Source: Candidatus Firestoneibacteriota bacterium
GTDB lineage: Bacteria; Oederibacteriota; D2-FULL-39-29; JBDRBU01
Assembly (NCBI GenBank): GCA_043822305.1
Contig: JBDRBU010000089.1
Location: 1-30,386 of the forward strand
DNA length: 30,386 nucleotides
Direction of reading: 5' to 3'
Part shown: piece after piece, positions 18,742 through 27,597 of the stretch
How positions within the stretch are numbered: the first letter of the stretch is position 1
Layout: the number at the start of each line of letters is the position of its first letter
The notes under the pieces: generated by a model
Seen by the model: only the letters and a program-made list of their open reading frames with translations
What the model was told of the DNA's origin: nothing
Database searches by the model: none
Made by a program: the position numbers and the translations under genes

Positions 18742-18759
18742 AATAAGGTAAAAATATTG

Positions 18760-20178
18760 ATGAAGGATGTTTTCGAAATATCAGCTGACAATTTAAGCCC
18801 TGTAATTTTAAAGGGATTTAAAAATCTTTTTTTCAGGCATGTGATGGGGTTTTTAATCCATTTTACCGGAAGTTTAATCTTAGCCAGAAAATTAGGTCCT
18901 GAAATAATGGGGCTATATTTTATCTCTTATACGGTTTTTATGGTTCTAAGAGGTGTTATTGATTTTGGTCTGCAAACTCATTTTATCAGACTTCAAAATG
19001 CTCCTTCTCATGAGGAAGTTAGTGTTGCCTTTACATTTCAATTAATAATAGCCATTGTATGTGTTATTTTAATATTTTTAATTTCTCCATTAATCTCTAA
19101 CTGGTATAACCAGAAATCATTAATTATTTTAATAATTTCAGCCGGGGTCGGGGCGTTTTTTTATATATTTAACAGTATCCCTGTATCTTTTCTGGAAAGA
19201 AAACTTGAATATAACAAAGTTGGCGTAATCGAGGTAGGAGAATTTCTGGTTTTTAATCTGGTTGCGGTTATATTTGTATTTTGTGGAATGGGAATATTAG
19301 GTTTAGTTTTAGGAAATATTTTAAGAGGGATATTCCCTTCTGTCCTTGCCATGATTTATACCGGTTTTGTACCAAAGATTTCAACTGATAAAAAAATATT
19401 TAAAGATTTATTTAAACAGGTATCGCAAATTTTTTATATGAATATAACTGTGTATGCCATAATGCTTGCCCCTGTTGTTTTGCTGGCAAAATTATACAGT
19501 GTGGGTGAATACGGTCTAGCACAGATGGCCTACACATTTTTAGGATATACAATGGTTATCCCGTCAATTTTTAAAAGAATCGGGTTAACAGTATTAGCCC
19601 GTGTTCAGGATGAAGAAGAGAAGTTCAATAAGTTAACATATAACTTTATTCTTTTACTTTCAGCGGGTTATGTACCGCTGGTGATGGCTGTTTCTGCTTT
19701 TTCTTCTATATGGATTCCTTTTGTGTACGGTCAGAAATGGGCCGGGATGGATAAGGTACTTATGCTGGCCTCTATTCCTGTATGTGCTGGAGCACTTTTT
19801 TCAATATTACATTCAGCATTGTTATCTAAAGGGCAATATGGAATAGTGTTGAAACAAAATATCTTGCATTTAGTGGTCTATTGGATGGCGTTAATGTTTT
19901 TAGCTGAAATAGGTGCTAGTTCAGTCCCGATAACTCATATTATATCTATGATGGCCGCATCATATCTTTTTATTTATGGATATAATAAATATTGTGGTAA
20001 AATTAAATACGGTCATATAACTATTCTTTTTGTTGTGAGTACGATTATTCTTGTGTTATCATTTATATTAATTAAAAACAACCAGATTATAGCCTCAATT
20101 ATTTTATGGGTGGTTTTTCTTGTTTATCTGATTAACGATATAATATCTTCCTGCATATCCTTTTTCAAAGATATTTAA
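18760..20178 (+). CDS. wzx: Oligosaccharide flippase (Wzx/MOP family)
   Basis: ILARKLGPEIMGLY, DFGL, LERKLEY, 12+ TM segments; start TTG 18757 or ATG 18760 (the ORF-track TTG 18721 lies inside a REP). Confidence 0.85.
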   Translation: MKDVFEISADNLSPVILKGFKNLFFRHVMGFLIHFTGSLILARKLGPEIMGLYFISYTVFMVLRGVIDFGLQTHFIRLQNAPSHEEVSVAFTFQLIIAIVCVILIFLISPLISNWYNQKSLIILIISAGVGAFFYIFNSIPVSFLERKLEYNKVGVIEVGEFLVFNLVAVIFVFCGMGILGLVLGNILRGIFPSVLAMIYTGFVPKISTDKKIFKDLFKQVSQIFYMNITVYAIMLAPVVLLAKLYSVGEYGLAQMAYTFLGYTMVIPSIFKRIGLTVLARVQDEEEKFNKLTYNFILLLSAGYVPLVMAVSAFSSIWIPFVYGQKWAGMDKVLMLASIPVCAGALFSILHSALLSKGQYGIVLKQNILHLVVYWMALMFLAEIGASSVPITHIISMMAASYLFIYGYNKYCGKIKYGHITILFVVSTIILVLSFILIKNNQIIASIILWVVFLVYLINDIISSCISFFKDI

Positions 20179-20196
20179 TTGTTTAGCGAGGTTAAA

Positions 20197-21303
20197 GTGA
20201 AAATTGCTGTAGATGCAAAAGTACTAACATATAAAGATCTTGGTGGAATAGGAAATTACACATATAATATTTTAAAAACTATTTCGCAAATTGACAAAGA
20301 AAATGAGTATGTGTTGTGTGCTAATGCCCCGATATTGCATAAAATAAATGCTGCTAACTTTAAGGAGAGGTATTTAAGTTTTCCCAAAGATAAGTATTTT
20401 GCTTATATTGGTTTGCCGTTTTTGTTTATCAAGGAAAAATATGATCTGTTGTTTTTACCAACAATGGCCATGCCTGTGTTTTTAAGGCCAAAAACACTTA
20501 TGGTTTGCCATGATTTATTTATTGATAAGACCTCTTGGCGGAAAAAGTTATTTATGTTATTTTCAATTAATTATGCTTTAAGAAGAGCTGATAAAATAAT
20601 TGCTGATTCTGTGTCAACAAGAAATGATATCGTTAAGTTATGCAAAATACACGAAGAAAATGTTTCGGTTATTCCACTGTCTTATGACCAATCTTTATAT
20701 AATCTCTGCAAAGATTCATCTTTAATAGCAAAAATTAAAAATAAATATAAAATAAAAGGTAAATACTTAATGAATGTAAATAGTATTTTATGTTACAGAA
20801 AAAACATTATTAATCAAATAAAAGCATTTGATATAGTAAGGAAGGTTAAAAAAAACGATATTCAGTTGATAATAACAGGAAAGAAAGATAATGCTTATGA
20901 TGATATTATGAGTATTGTTAAGCAATTAGATTTACAGGAAGATGTTATATTGATTGAACATATTATAAATGAAGATATGTCGGTATTATACAGTGGGGCG
21001 GAGGCACTTATGTTCGCATCCTCATATGAAGGATTTGGCTTACCTATTTTAGAAGCAATGGCATGTGGTTGTCCAGTACTTACATCAAAGATATCTTCCA
21101 TGCCGGAGGTAGCAGGTGAATCTGCTGTTTATGTGAATCATTTAGATGAAAATGATATAGCAAATATGGTTGAGAAAATTTTAAAAGACAGCAATTTGAA
21201 GAGCAGTTTAGTAAGCAAAGGGCTTGAAAGGGTGAAAAAATTCAACTGGGAAAGGACAGCAAGGGTGACTTTAGAAGTAATAATGGAAATGGTAAACAGA
21301 TGA
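20197..21303 (+). CDS. Glycosyltransferase family 4
   Basis: GGIGNY, CHDL, RKNI, SSYEGFGLPILEAMACGCPV...SSMPEVAG; GTG 20197 after GAGG. Confidence 0.9.
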   Translation: MKIAVDAKVLTYKDLGGIGNYTYNILKTISQIDKENEYVLCANAPILHKINAANFKERYLSFPKDKYFAYIGLPFLFIKEKYDLLFLPTMAMPVFLRPKTLMVCHDLFIDKTSWRKKLFMLFSINYALRRADKIIADSVSTRNDIVKLCKIHEENVSVIPLSYDQSLYNLCKDSSLIAKIKNKYKIKGKYLMNVNSILCYRKNIINQIKAFDIVRKVKKNDIQLIITGKKDNAYDDIMSIVKQLDLQEDVILIEHIINEDMSVLYSGAEALMFASSYEGFGLPILEAMACGCPVLTSKISSMPEVAGESAVYVNHLDENDIANMVEKILKDSNLKSSLVSKGLERVKKFNWERTARVTLEVIMEMVNR

Positions 21304-21321
21304 AAAACAGGAGTGTAAGTT

Positions 21322-22443
21322 GTGAAATTAGCAATTAATGCAACAATGATAGGAGAAAAACAAACAGGTTCAGGTGTTTATTCATTAAACATACTGAAGG
21401 AGTTATCAAAAAATATTCATAATCTTGGTGGTGAGGTTGTGGTATATACTGCTTTCCCGGAAGGTTTAAAAGGATTGAATCTGAATATAAAAGCACTGTC
21501 AAAAAATATTCAGCCGAGATATAATAAAAAATCTGCTATTTTAAGATTCATATGGTCGCAAGTTTTGTATCCAGGTGAAATAAAAAAAGAAAAATACAAC
21601 CTGGTTTACAATACAACACACCATGGTTCATTATTTATAGATAATCAGATATTAACCATACTTGATCTGCTTCCTTTACATTTTCCCAGACAGCATATAC
21701 TTCAGCATTATTATTTCAAGTATATACTTCCTGAAATTGCAAAGAAGGCAAAAAAGATTATTACAATTTCAAACAATACAAAAATGGATATCTTGAAATA
21801 TTATAAACTACCTGAAGAGAAAGTTAAAGTAGTGCTTTGCGGTTATGATAAGAATATGTATTATGTCCGAGAAGATGCAAAAGTTATAATAAAAAACAAA
21901 TACAAATTGGAAGATTATATATTGATAGTAGGAACATCATATCCTCATAAAAATGTAGAGAGAGTACTGAATGCATATAGCACTATAAAAACTAATACAA
22001 AATTAGTAATTGTTGGAAATGGCAAAAAAGAGTATAGGAAGTTGTTAATTAAAACAATAAATAATAAAGGTTTAAATAATAAGGTAATAATATTAGATTT
22101 GGTTACGGTTGAAGATTTGCCGTATTTGTATTCCGCTGCTAAATTATTCGTGTTTGCTTCTCTGTATGAAGGTTTTGGTCTGCCAACATTAGAAGCCATG
22201 GCATGCGGTATTCCAACAATTATTTCAAATACTTCATCATTCCCGGAGGTTGGCGGAGATGCAGCATATTACATAGACCCTTATAATGAATTAAGTATTG
22301 TGGGTGCTATGAATATATGTTTAAGTGATAATAATTTAAGAAATAATTTAATTAGTAAAGGGTTGGAGAGGGTGAAATTATTCAGCTGGGAGAAAGCAGC
22401 AAAAGAAATAATTGGGATATTAAAAGAGGTTAATGAGAAATGA
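21322..22443 (+). CDS. Glycosyltransferase family 4
   Basis: TGSGVY, PHKN, SLYEGFGLPTLEAMACGIP...SSFPEVGG. Confidence 0.9.
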   Translation: MKLAINATMIGEKQTGSGVYSLNILKELSKNIHNLGGEVVVYTAFPEGLKGLNLNIKALSKNIQPRYNKKSAILRFIWSQVLYPGEIKKEKYNLVYNTTHHGSLFIDNQILTILDLLPLHFPRQHILQHYYFKYILPEIAKKAKKIITISNNTKMDILKYYKLPEEKVKVVLCGYDKNMYYVREDAKVIIKNKYKLEDYILIVGTSYPHKNVERVLNAYSTIKTNTKLVIVGNGKKEYRKLLIKTINNKGLNNKVIILDLVTVEDLPYLYSAAKLFVFASLYEGFGLPTLEAMACGIPTIISNTSSFPEVGGDAAYYIDPYNELSIVGAMNICLSDNNLRNNLISKGLERVKLFSWEKAAKEIIGILKEVNEK

Positions 22444-23324
22444 AAGTTTCTGTGATAATTCTTACACATAAACCCGATGAATGTCTTGATGAAACACTAA
22501 GTATTTTAACTGAGGACAAAAATATTGAAATTATTGTTATAAATTCGTCCGGTCAAGTATTAAGAAAACATGATATTAAAATAATAATGATACAACCTGA
22601 TGAATTTAATCACGGTAAAACAAGAAATCTTGGCTGGAAAGAATCAAATGGGGATATTGTTGTTTTTTTAACTCAGGATTCGATGTTAACCAAAGATGCG
22701 ATAGAAAATATAATTAAAGTATTTGATGATCCATCTGTAGGAGTTGCAACAGGAAGGCAATTGCCTCGTAAAGATGCAACACCTTTTGCTGCTCATGCCA
22801 GATTGTTTAATTATCCGGAAATTTCATCAATAAAAACATTTGATGATAAAAATAAATATGGTATAAAAACATTTTTTAATTCAAATTCTTTTGCAGCATA
22901 TAGAAGAAAAGTTTTAGAGGAAATCGGAGGTTTTCCTGAGAACATTATTGCCAGCGAAGATAATTACCTGGCAGCGAAAGCTTTAATGAATGGATATAAA
23001 ATATCATATGTCGCACAAGCGTGCGTTTATCATTCTCATAATTATAAACCAATGCAGGAATTTAAAAGATATTTTGACATAGGAGTATTTCATTTAAGAG
23101 AAAAGTGGTTAATGGAAACATTCGGAAAAGCAGAAGGGGAAGGTAAAAAATTTGTTATGTCAGAATTTAATTATTTGATTAAAAATGGTTACTGGTATTT
23201 AATACCAATTTCAATTTATAGAAATGCTTTAAAATATATCGCCTATAGACTCGGAAAAGTGGAAAAAATAATACCTTTGAAAATAAAGGCAAAATTAAGT
23301 ATGCAAAAAGAGTATTGGAAATAA
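22440..23324 (+). CDS. Glycosyltransferase family 2, WbaN/RfbN-like rhamnosyltransferase
   Basis: FNHGKTRN, FLTQD, GRQLP, ARLFNYP, SNSFAAYR, CVYHSHNY, EFKRYFDIG, AEGEGKKF. Confidence 0.85.
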   Translation: MKVSVIILTHKPDECLDETLSILTEDKNIEIIVINSSGQVLRKHDIKIIMIQPDEFNHGKTRNLGWKESNGDIVVFLTQDSMLTKDAIENIIKVFDDPSVGVATGRQLPRKDATPFAAHARLFNYPEISSIKTFDDKNKYGIKTFFNSNSFAAYRRKVLEEIGGFPENIIASEDNYLAAKALMNGYKISYVAQACVYHSHNYKPMQEFKRYFDIGVFHLREKWLMETFGKAEGEGKKFVMSEFNYLIKNGYWYLIPISIYRNALKYIAYRLGKVEKIIPLKIKAKLSMQKEYWK

Positions 23325-23353
23325 CAAAGAAAATAGTGTAAAATTAGATAAAT

Positions 23354-24757
23354 ATGGGTTTAATAATAATTACGATAATAGATGTAATCGGGCTTTTTAT
23401 TTCATTTCAGCTGTCGTATTTTGTGAGGGCTGAAATATTTCCGTATTTTTATGTCTTAAAAGAACCTCTTCCATTAACAATATTTAATCCGTTGTGGTTT
23501 CCTGTCGTTTTGATTTTCTTCTTCTGGTACGAAAGTTTATATGATAAAAGATATCCGTTGTGGGAGGAAGTAAGACAGATTTGGAAAGCATCATTCTTAA
23601 CCTCACTAACTACCTTAGCCATAGTTTCGTTGGGTAAATTAACTGAATCTATATCCAGAACGGTTTTATTGCTTACTTTTTTAAATTCTTTATGGATACT
23701 CCCGATAACAAGGTTATATGTGAAAAGATTTTTGTTGCATACGGGTATCTGGAGAAAAAAGATAGTAGTTATAGGTGCGGGTAAAACAGCAGAACTCTTT
23801 TCGAAAGCGATGAGTAAAGAAAAAAATATGGGTTACCAGATAGCAGGGTATTTGGATGATGATAAAAAGAAAAAAGATAAAACTATAAACGGTGTCAGAG
23901 TACTTGGTGAACTGTCTGATTTAGATAGAATTATAAAGTTTACAAGCATTAAAGATGTTGTTATCGCCATCCCTTCATTAAAATCGGAAAAACTTGTAAA
24001 GCTAATAAATGAAATTCAAAAGAAAGTAAAAAAGGTTTCTTTTATTCCGGACTTGTTTGGTATTCCGTTTTTACAGAGCGATATGGATTTTTTCTTTGAA
24101 AACCATTTATTGATGTTAAATGTGAGAAATAGTTTAAAAAATCCGTTTAATAAAGCAGTGAAAAGTGTTTTTGATCTTGTCGTCAGTATTCCTATGGTGA
24201 TTATATCTTTATTTGTAATATTGGTCTGTGCTGTTCTAATAAAACTTGATTCAAAAGGTCCTGTTTTTATTATCCAGAATAGAATAGGTAAAAACGGAAA
24301 GAATTTCAGATGTATAAAATTCAGGGGTATGTATGTAAATGCAGATGAAATATTAGAAAAGACATTAAAGAAGGATAGAAATAAAAAGAAAGAATGGGAA
24401 ACATATCATAAACTTAAAAATGATCCAAGAGTTACCAAATTTGGTAAAATTTTAAGAAAATCCAGTTTAGATGAATTACCTCAAATATTTAATGTAATTA
24501 AGGGTGAGATGAGTCTGGTTGGCCCAAGACCGTATCTGCCGAGAGAAAAAAATAAAATCGGTGATTTTCACAGCATCATCACGGAGGTAACGCCGGGTGT
24601 TACTGGGCTCTGGCAGGTATCCGGAAGGAGTAAAACATCTTTTATGGAAAGGTTGGTTATTGACTCCTGGTATGTCCAGAACTGGTCCTTATGGCTTGAC
24701 ATTATGGTTATAATCAAAACAATAAAAGTTGTATTTAAAAGAGAAGGCGCATATTAA
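23354..24757 (+). CDS. wbaP: Undecaprenyl-phosphate galactose phosphotransferase WbaP-like priming transferase
   Basis: N-terminal TMs, IGAGKT Rossmann-like region, KFRGM...KLKNDPRVT...SLDELPQ...GEMSLVGPRP...PGVTGLWQVSGRS...WYVQNWSLWLD. Confidence 0.88.
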   Translation: MGLIIITIIDVIGLFISFQLSYFVRAEIFPYFYVLKEPLPLTIFNPLWFPVVLIFFFWYESLYDKRYPLWEEVRQIWKASFLTSLTTLAIVSLGKLTESISRTVLLLTFLNSLWILPITRLYVKRFLLHTGIWRKKIVVIGAGKTAELFSKAMSKEKNMGYQIAGYLDDDKKKKDKTINGVRVLGELSDLDRIIKFTSIKDVVIAIPSLKSEKLVKLINEIQKKVKKVSFIPDLFGIPFLQSDMDFFFENHLLMLNVRNSLKNPFNKAVKSVFDLVVSIPMVIISLFVILVCAVLIKLDSKGPVFIIQNRIGKNGKNFRCIKFRGMYVNADEILEKTLKKDRNKKKEWETYHKLKNDPRVTKFGKILRKSSLDELPQIFNVIKGEMSLVGPRPYLPREKNKIGDFHSIITEVTPGVTGLWQVSGRSKTSFMERLVIDSWYVQNWSLWLDIMVIIKTIKVVFKREGAY

Positions 24758-24760
24758 AAT

Positions 24761-24782
24761 AAATAGGTATCTGTCCCTATTT
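24761..24782. repeat. Short palindrome with CTGTCCC core (REP-like)
   Basis: AAATAGG-tatctgtc-CCTATTT fills the wbaP-rfbF spacer. Confidence 0.5.
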
Positions 24783-24796
24783 TAAATGGAGGTATT

Positions 24797-25567
24797 ATGA
24801 AAGTAGTTATATTAGCCGGTGGATTAGGAACCAGATTAGGGGAAGAAACAAGTATAAGACCAAAACCAATGATTGAAATTGGTGAAAAACCGATTTTATG
24901 GCATGTTATGAAAATATATTCCCACTATGGGTTTAATGATTTTATTATATGCCTTGGTTATAAGGGATATATGATTAAGGAATATTTTGCTAATTACTTT
25001 ATGCATCAATCTGATGTTACTATTGATTTAACTAAGAACGAGACAGAGGTTCATATATCAAAAGCTGAGCCATGGAAAATTACGCTTGTTGATACTGGTT
25101 TAAATACTATGACCGCCGGAAGAATAAAAAAAGTTCAAAAATATATTGGTAATAAAACATTTATGCTCACATATGGAGATGGTGTTGGAGATGTTAACAT
25201 TAAAAAGTTAGTTGAATTTCATAAAAAGCATGGTAAGTTTGCAACAATAACATCTGTTCAGCCATCAGGAAGATTTGGTGCTTTAACTTTAGAAAAAGAT
25301 GATAAAGTAATAGCATTTCAAGAGAAACCAAAAGGGGATGGTGCATGGATAAATGGAGGATTTTTTGTGTTAGAGCCACAAATTTTTGATTATATTAATA
25401 GTGATGATGTTTTATGGGAAAAGGAACCTTTAGAAAAACTTGCAAGTGAGTGTCAACTTCTTGCGTATAAACATTCAGGCTTTTGGCAGCCAATGGATAC
25501 TTTAAGAGACAGGACTCATCTTGAAGAACTTTGGAAGTCAGTGAAAGCACCGTGGAAGGTTTGGTAG
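24797..25567 (+). CDS. rfbF: Glucose-1-phosphate cytidylyltransferase
   Basis: ILAGGLGTRLGEET...PKPMIEIG...LGYKGYMIKEYF...TYGDGV...WINGGFF...FWQPMDTLRD...APWKVW. Confidence 0.97.
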   Translation: MKVVILAGGLGTRLGEETSIRPKPMIEIGEKPILWHVMKIYSHYGFNDFIICLGYKGYMIKEYFANYFMHQSDVTIDLTKNETEVHISKAEPWKITLVDTGLNTMTAGRIKKVQKYIGNKTFMLTYGDGVGDVNIKKLVEFHKKHGKFATITSVQPSGRFGALTLEKDDKVIAFQEKPKGDGAWINGGFFVLEPQIFDYINSDDVLWEKEPLEKLASECQLLAYKHSGFWQPMDTLRDRTHLEELWKSVKAPWKVW

Positions 25568-25607
25568 GTTGGAAGGTTGGATGAGGAAGGAGATTAGATA
25601 CCTGAAT

Positions 25608-25705
25608 GTATGTTATTTTACTCTAAAAAACAGAGTTTTTTCAGTGATGTTTTTAATCAAAATCGTTTAGAAACTGATTTTTTAACATAATGACTGAATA
25701 TTTAC
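25608..25705. mobile_element. 98-bp decayed IS66-end-like MITE
   Basis: Right end TGAATATTTAC as at 15985 and 26461; starts GTA; flanked by ACCTGAAT (25600-25607) / ACCTGGAT (25706-25713), 7/8; left TIR degenerate. Confidence 0.55.
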
Positions 25706-25901
25706 ACCTGGATGTGTAGAATGGATGAATATGTATAAAGAATTGGAAATATGGAATGAAAGTGTTTTACTAATTAATGATATATACAAAATAGTGAAAT
25801 CTTTACCTAAAAGTGAATAGTATAATTTAAAACAACAATTAAAACGAGCGATAGTTTCAGTTGCATTAAATATCGCAGAAGGAAAAAGCAGAAGGACAGC
25901 G

Positions 25902-26157
25902 GGTTTTTCAGGTTCTATTGTAGAGATGTTTAAAAATATTAGGTTTTTGAAATAAGAATAGATAAAAATTACTGTTAAGAATTGAAACAGGCATTAAAAA
26001 TGGTTTATTTATAATAGTTTTAATGAGATAAGAAAATATTAAAAATAGTTATTGAAAAAGTATTATAAAATCGGCACATTTAGGATTGTATAAAAGTGTA
26101 ATGAAAATAACAGGTATTAAGTGGAAAAATATTTTCTACAATAAAACCTGAAGAACC
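25902..26157. mobile_element. 256-bp MITE with ISL3-like ends
   Basis: 23-bp TIRs GGTT(T/C)TTCAGGTT(C/T)TATTGTAGA (21/23); exact 8-bp TSD GGACAGCG (25894-25901, 26158-26165); no transposase inside. Confidence 0.9.
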
Positions 26158-26325
26158 GGACAGCGAAGGATTTTTGCAGTTTTCTGGTGGCTTCATCTGC
26201 ATTACTGTCGGAAGTAGATGCAATTTTATCGATTTGAGAAGAACTTAATTATTTATAAGAGAACAAAAAGATCAAAGAAAAAATAGTTATTTTTGGTAAA
26301 AGAATCAATACATTAAGAAATAAAC

Positions 26326-26471
26326 GTAAATCCTCACTGAACATCGTTATCGTGAGGGAAGTGAAGTAATTTAAAAGGTTTTTAAAGAGATTGCCACGCT
26401 CACTTTGGTTACTCAAAATGGTAAGAAATGATTGCTAAAATACATTGTAATGTGGTTGAGTGAATATTTAC
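26326..26471. mobile_element. 146-bp IS66-end-like MITE carrying a decayed GTCATTGCGAG-type palindrome
   Basis: GTAAATCCTCACT...AGTGAATATTTAC (11/13); exact 8-bp TSD AAATAAAC (26318-26325, 26472-26479). Confidence 0.85.
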
Positions 26472-26499
26472 AAATAAACTTTCAAGGAGTAACATTTAA

Positions 26500-27597
26500 A
26501 TGTCAAATCATCTAATCACCAGATCCTCTAACACATTTTGGAAAAATAAGCGCGTCTTTGTTACAGGCCATACTGGTTTTAAGGGCTCATGGTTGTGCCT
26601 ATGGCTTAATTATTTAGGAGCAAATATTAAAGGTTATGCATTAAAACCTCCAACTGTTCCAAGCTTGTTCAATTTATGCAAGATAAACGAACTTGTTAAA
26701 TCAAAAATAGCAGATATCCGTAATTATAAGTTGCTGAAGCAGGAATTATTAAATTTTAAACCCGAAATAGTCATACATATGGCTGCACAGCCAATTGTCA
26801 GAGAATCTTATAAAAATCCTCTGGAAACTTATTCTGTAAATGTTATGGGGACAGTAAATCTATTTGAATCGGTAAGAAATTGCAAGAGCGTTAGAGTCGT
26901 AGTAAATGTAACAACTGATAAATGTTACGAAAATAAAGAAAGAAGACGCGGTTATTGTGAGTATGAACCTTTAGGTGGTTATGATCCTTATTCAAATAGC
27001 AAAGCTTGTTCTGAATTAGTAACATCTTCTTACAGGAGTTCATTCTTTAATCCGAAAGAATACAAAACTCATAAAAAGGCAGTAGCATCTGCCCGTGCAG
27101 GGAATGTTATTGGTGGTGGTGATTGGGCAGTTGACCGGCTTATTCCCGATAGTGTTAAATCTGTATTAAGAAAAAAAACTATAGTTATAAGAAATCCAAA
27201 TGCTGTTAGACCATGGCAGCATGTATTAGAGCCATTATATGGTTATCTTCTTTTAGCAGAAAAACTTTATAAAAATGGTCCAGAATATGCGGAGGCATGG
27301 AACTTTGGACCAGATGATAAAGATGTTAAAACTGTAGAATGGATAGTAAAGCGGATATGCAATAAATGGGGAGAAGAAGCATCATATAAAATAGATAAAG
27401 GAAAACATCCGCATGAAGCTCATTATCTTAAGTTAAATTGTAGTAAAGCAAAATCAAATTTAAGTTGGCACCCCAAATGGAATTTAGATACAGCAATTGA
27501 TAAGATAATCGAATGGACAAAAGCATATAAACAAGGAAAAGACTTAAAGAAAATCTGTTTAAAACAAATACAGGAATACATAAATATACAATCATGA
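26500..27597 (+). CDS. rfbG: CDP-glucose 4,6-dehydratase
   Basis: FWKNKRVFVTGHTGFKGSWL, HMAAQPIVRESY, TTDKCYEN, GGYDPYSNSK, ARAGNVIGGGDW, RPWQHVLEP, HEAHYLKL. Confidence 0.97.
   Translation: MSNHLITRSSNTFWKNKRVFVTGHTGFKGSWLCLWLNYLGANIKGYALKPPTVPSLFNLCKINELVKSKIADIRNYKLLKQELLNFKPEIVIHMAAQPIVRESYKNPLETYSVNVMGTVNLFESVRNCKSVRVVVNVTTDKCYENKERRRGYCEYEPLGGYDPYSNSKACSELVTSSYRSSFFNPKEYKTHKKAVASARAGNVIGGGDWAVDRLIPDSVKSVLRKKTIVIRNPNAVRPWQHVLEPLYGYLLLAEKLYKNGPEYAEAWNFGPDDKDVKTVEWIVKRICNKWGEEASYKIDKGKHPHEAHYLKLNCSKAKSNLSWHPKWNLDTAIDKIIEWTKAYKQGKDLKKICLKQIQEYINIQS

Larger units (their letters stand above)
25731..26499 (+). pseudogene. Four-helix-bundle protein (23S rRNA IVS-protein family) pseudogene, split by two MITEs
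   Basis: MYKELEIW...LPKSE*YNLKQQLKRAIVSVALNIAEG...AKDFLQFL...LSEV; stops at 25818, 26235, 26256; insertions at 25902-26157 and 26326-26471; restored frame ends TAA 26497-26499. Confidence 0.9.

Noticed and set aside
25680..25708. dif/Xer-like site (minus strand GGTGTAAATAT-tcagtca-TTATGTTAAAA)
   Set aside because: XerD arm matches 10/11 but the spacer is 7 nt, the XerC arm is weak, the two sister motifs lack the XerD arm, and the 8-bp flanking duplication is better explained by a MITE end
8151..26479. CRISPR array
   Set aside because: Repeats are dispersed palindromes, not regularly spaced identical repeats; no cas genes
25731..26499. Diversity-generating retroelement (Avd-like gene) or stop-codon recoding
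   Set aside because: No reverse transcriptase or template/variable repeat pair seen; three different stop codons plus two insertions indicate decay, and other genes use TAA, TAG and TGA as normal stops
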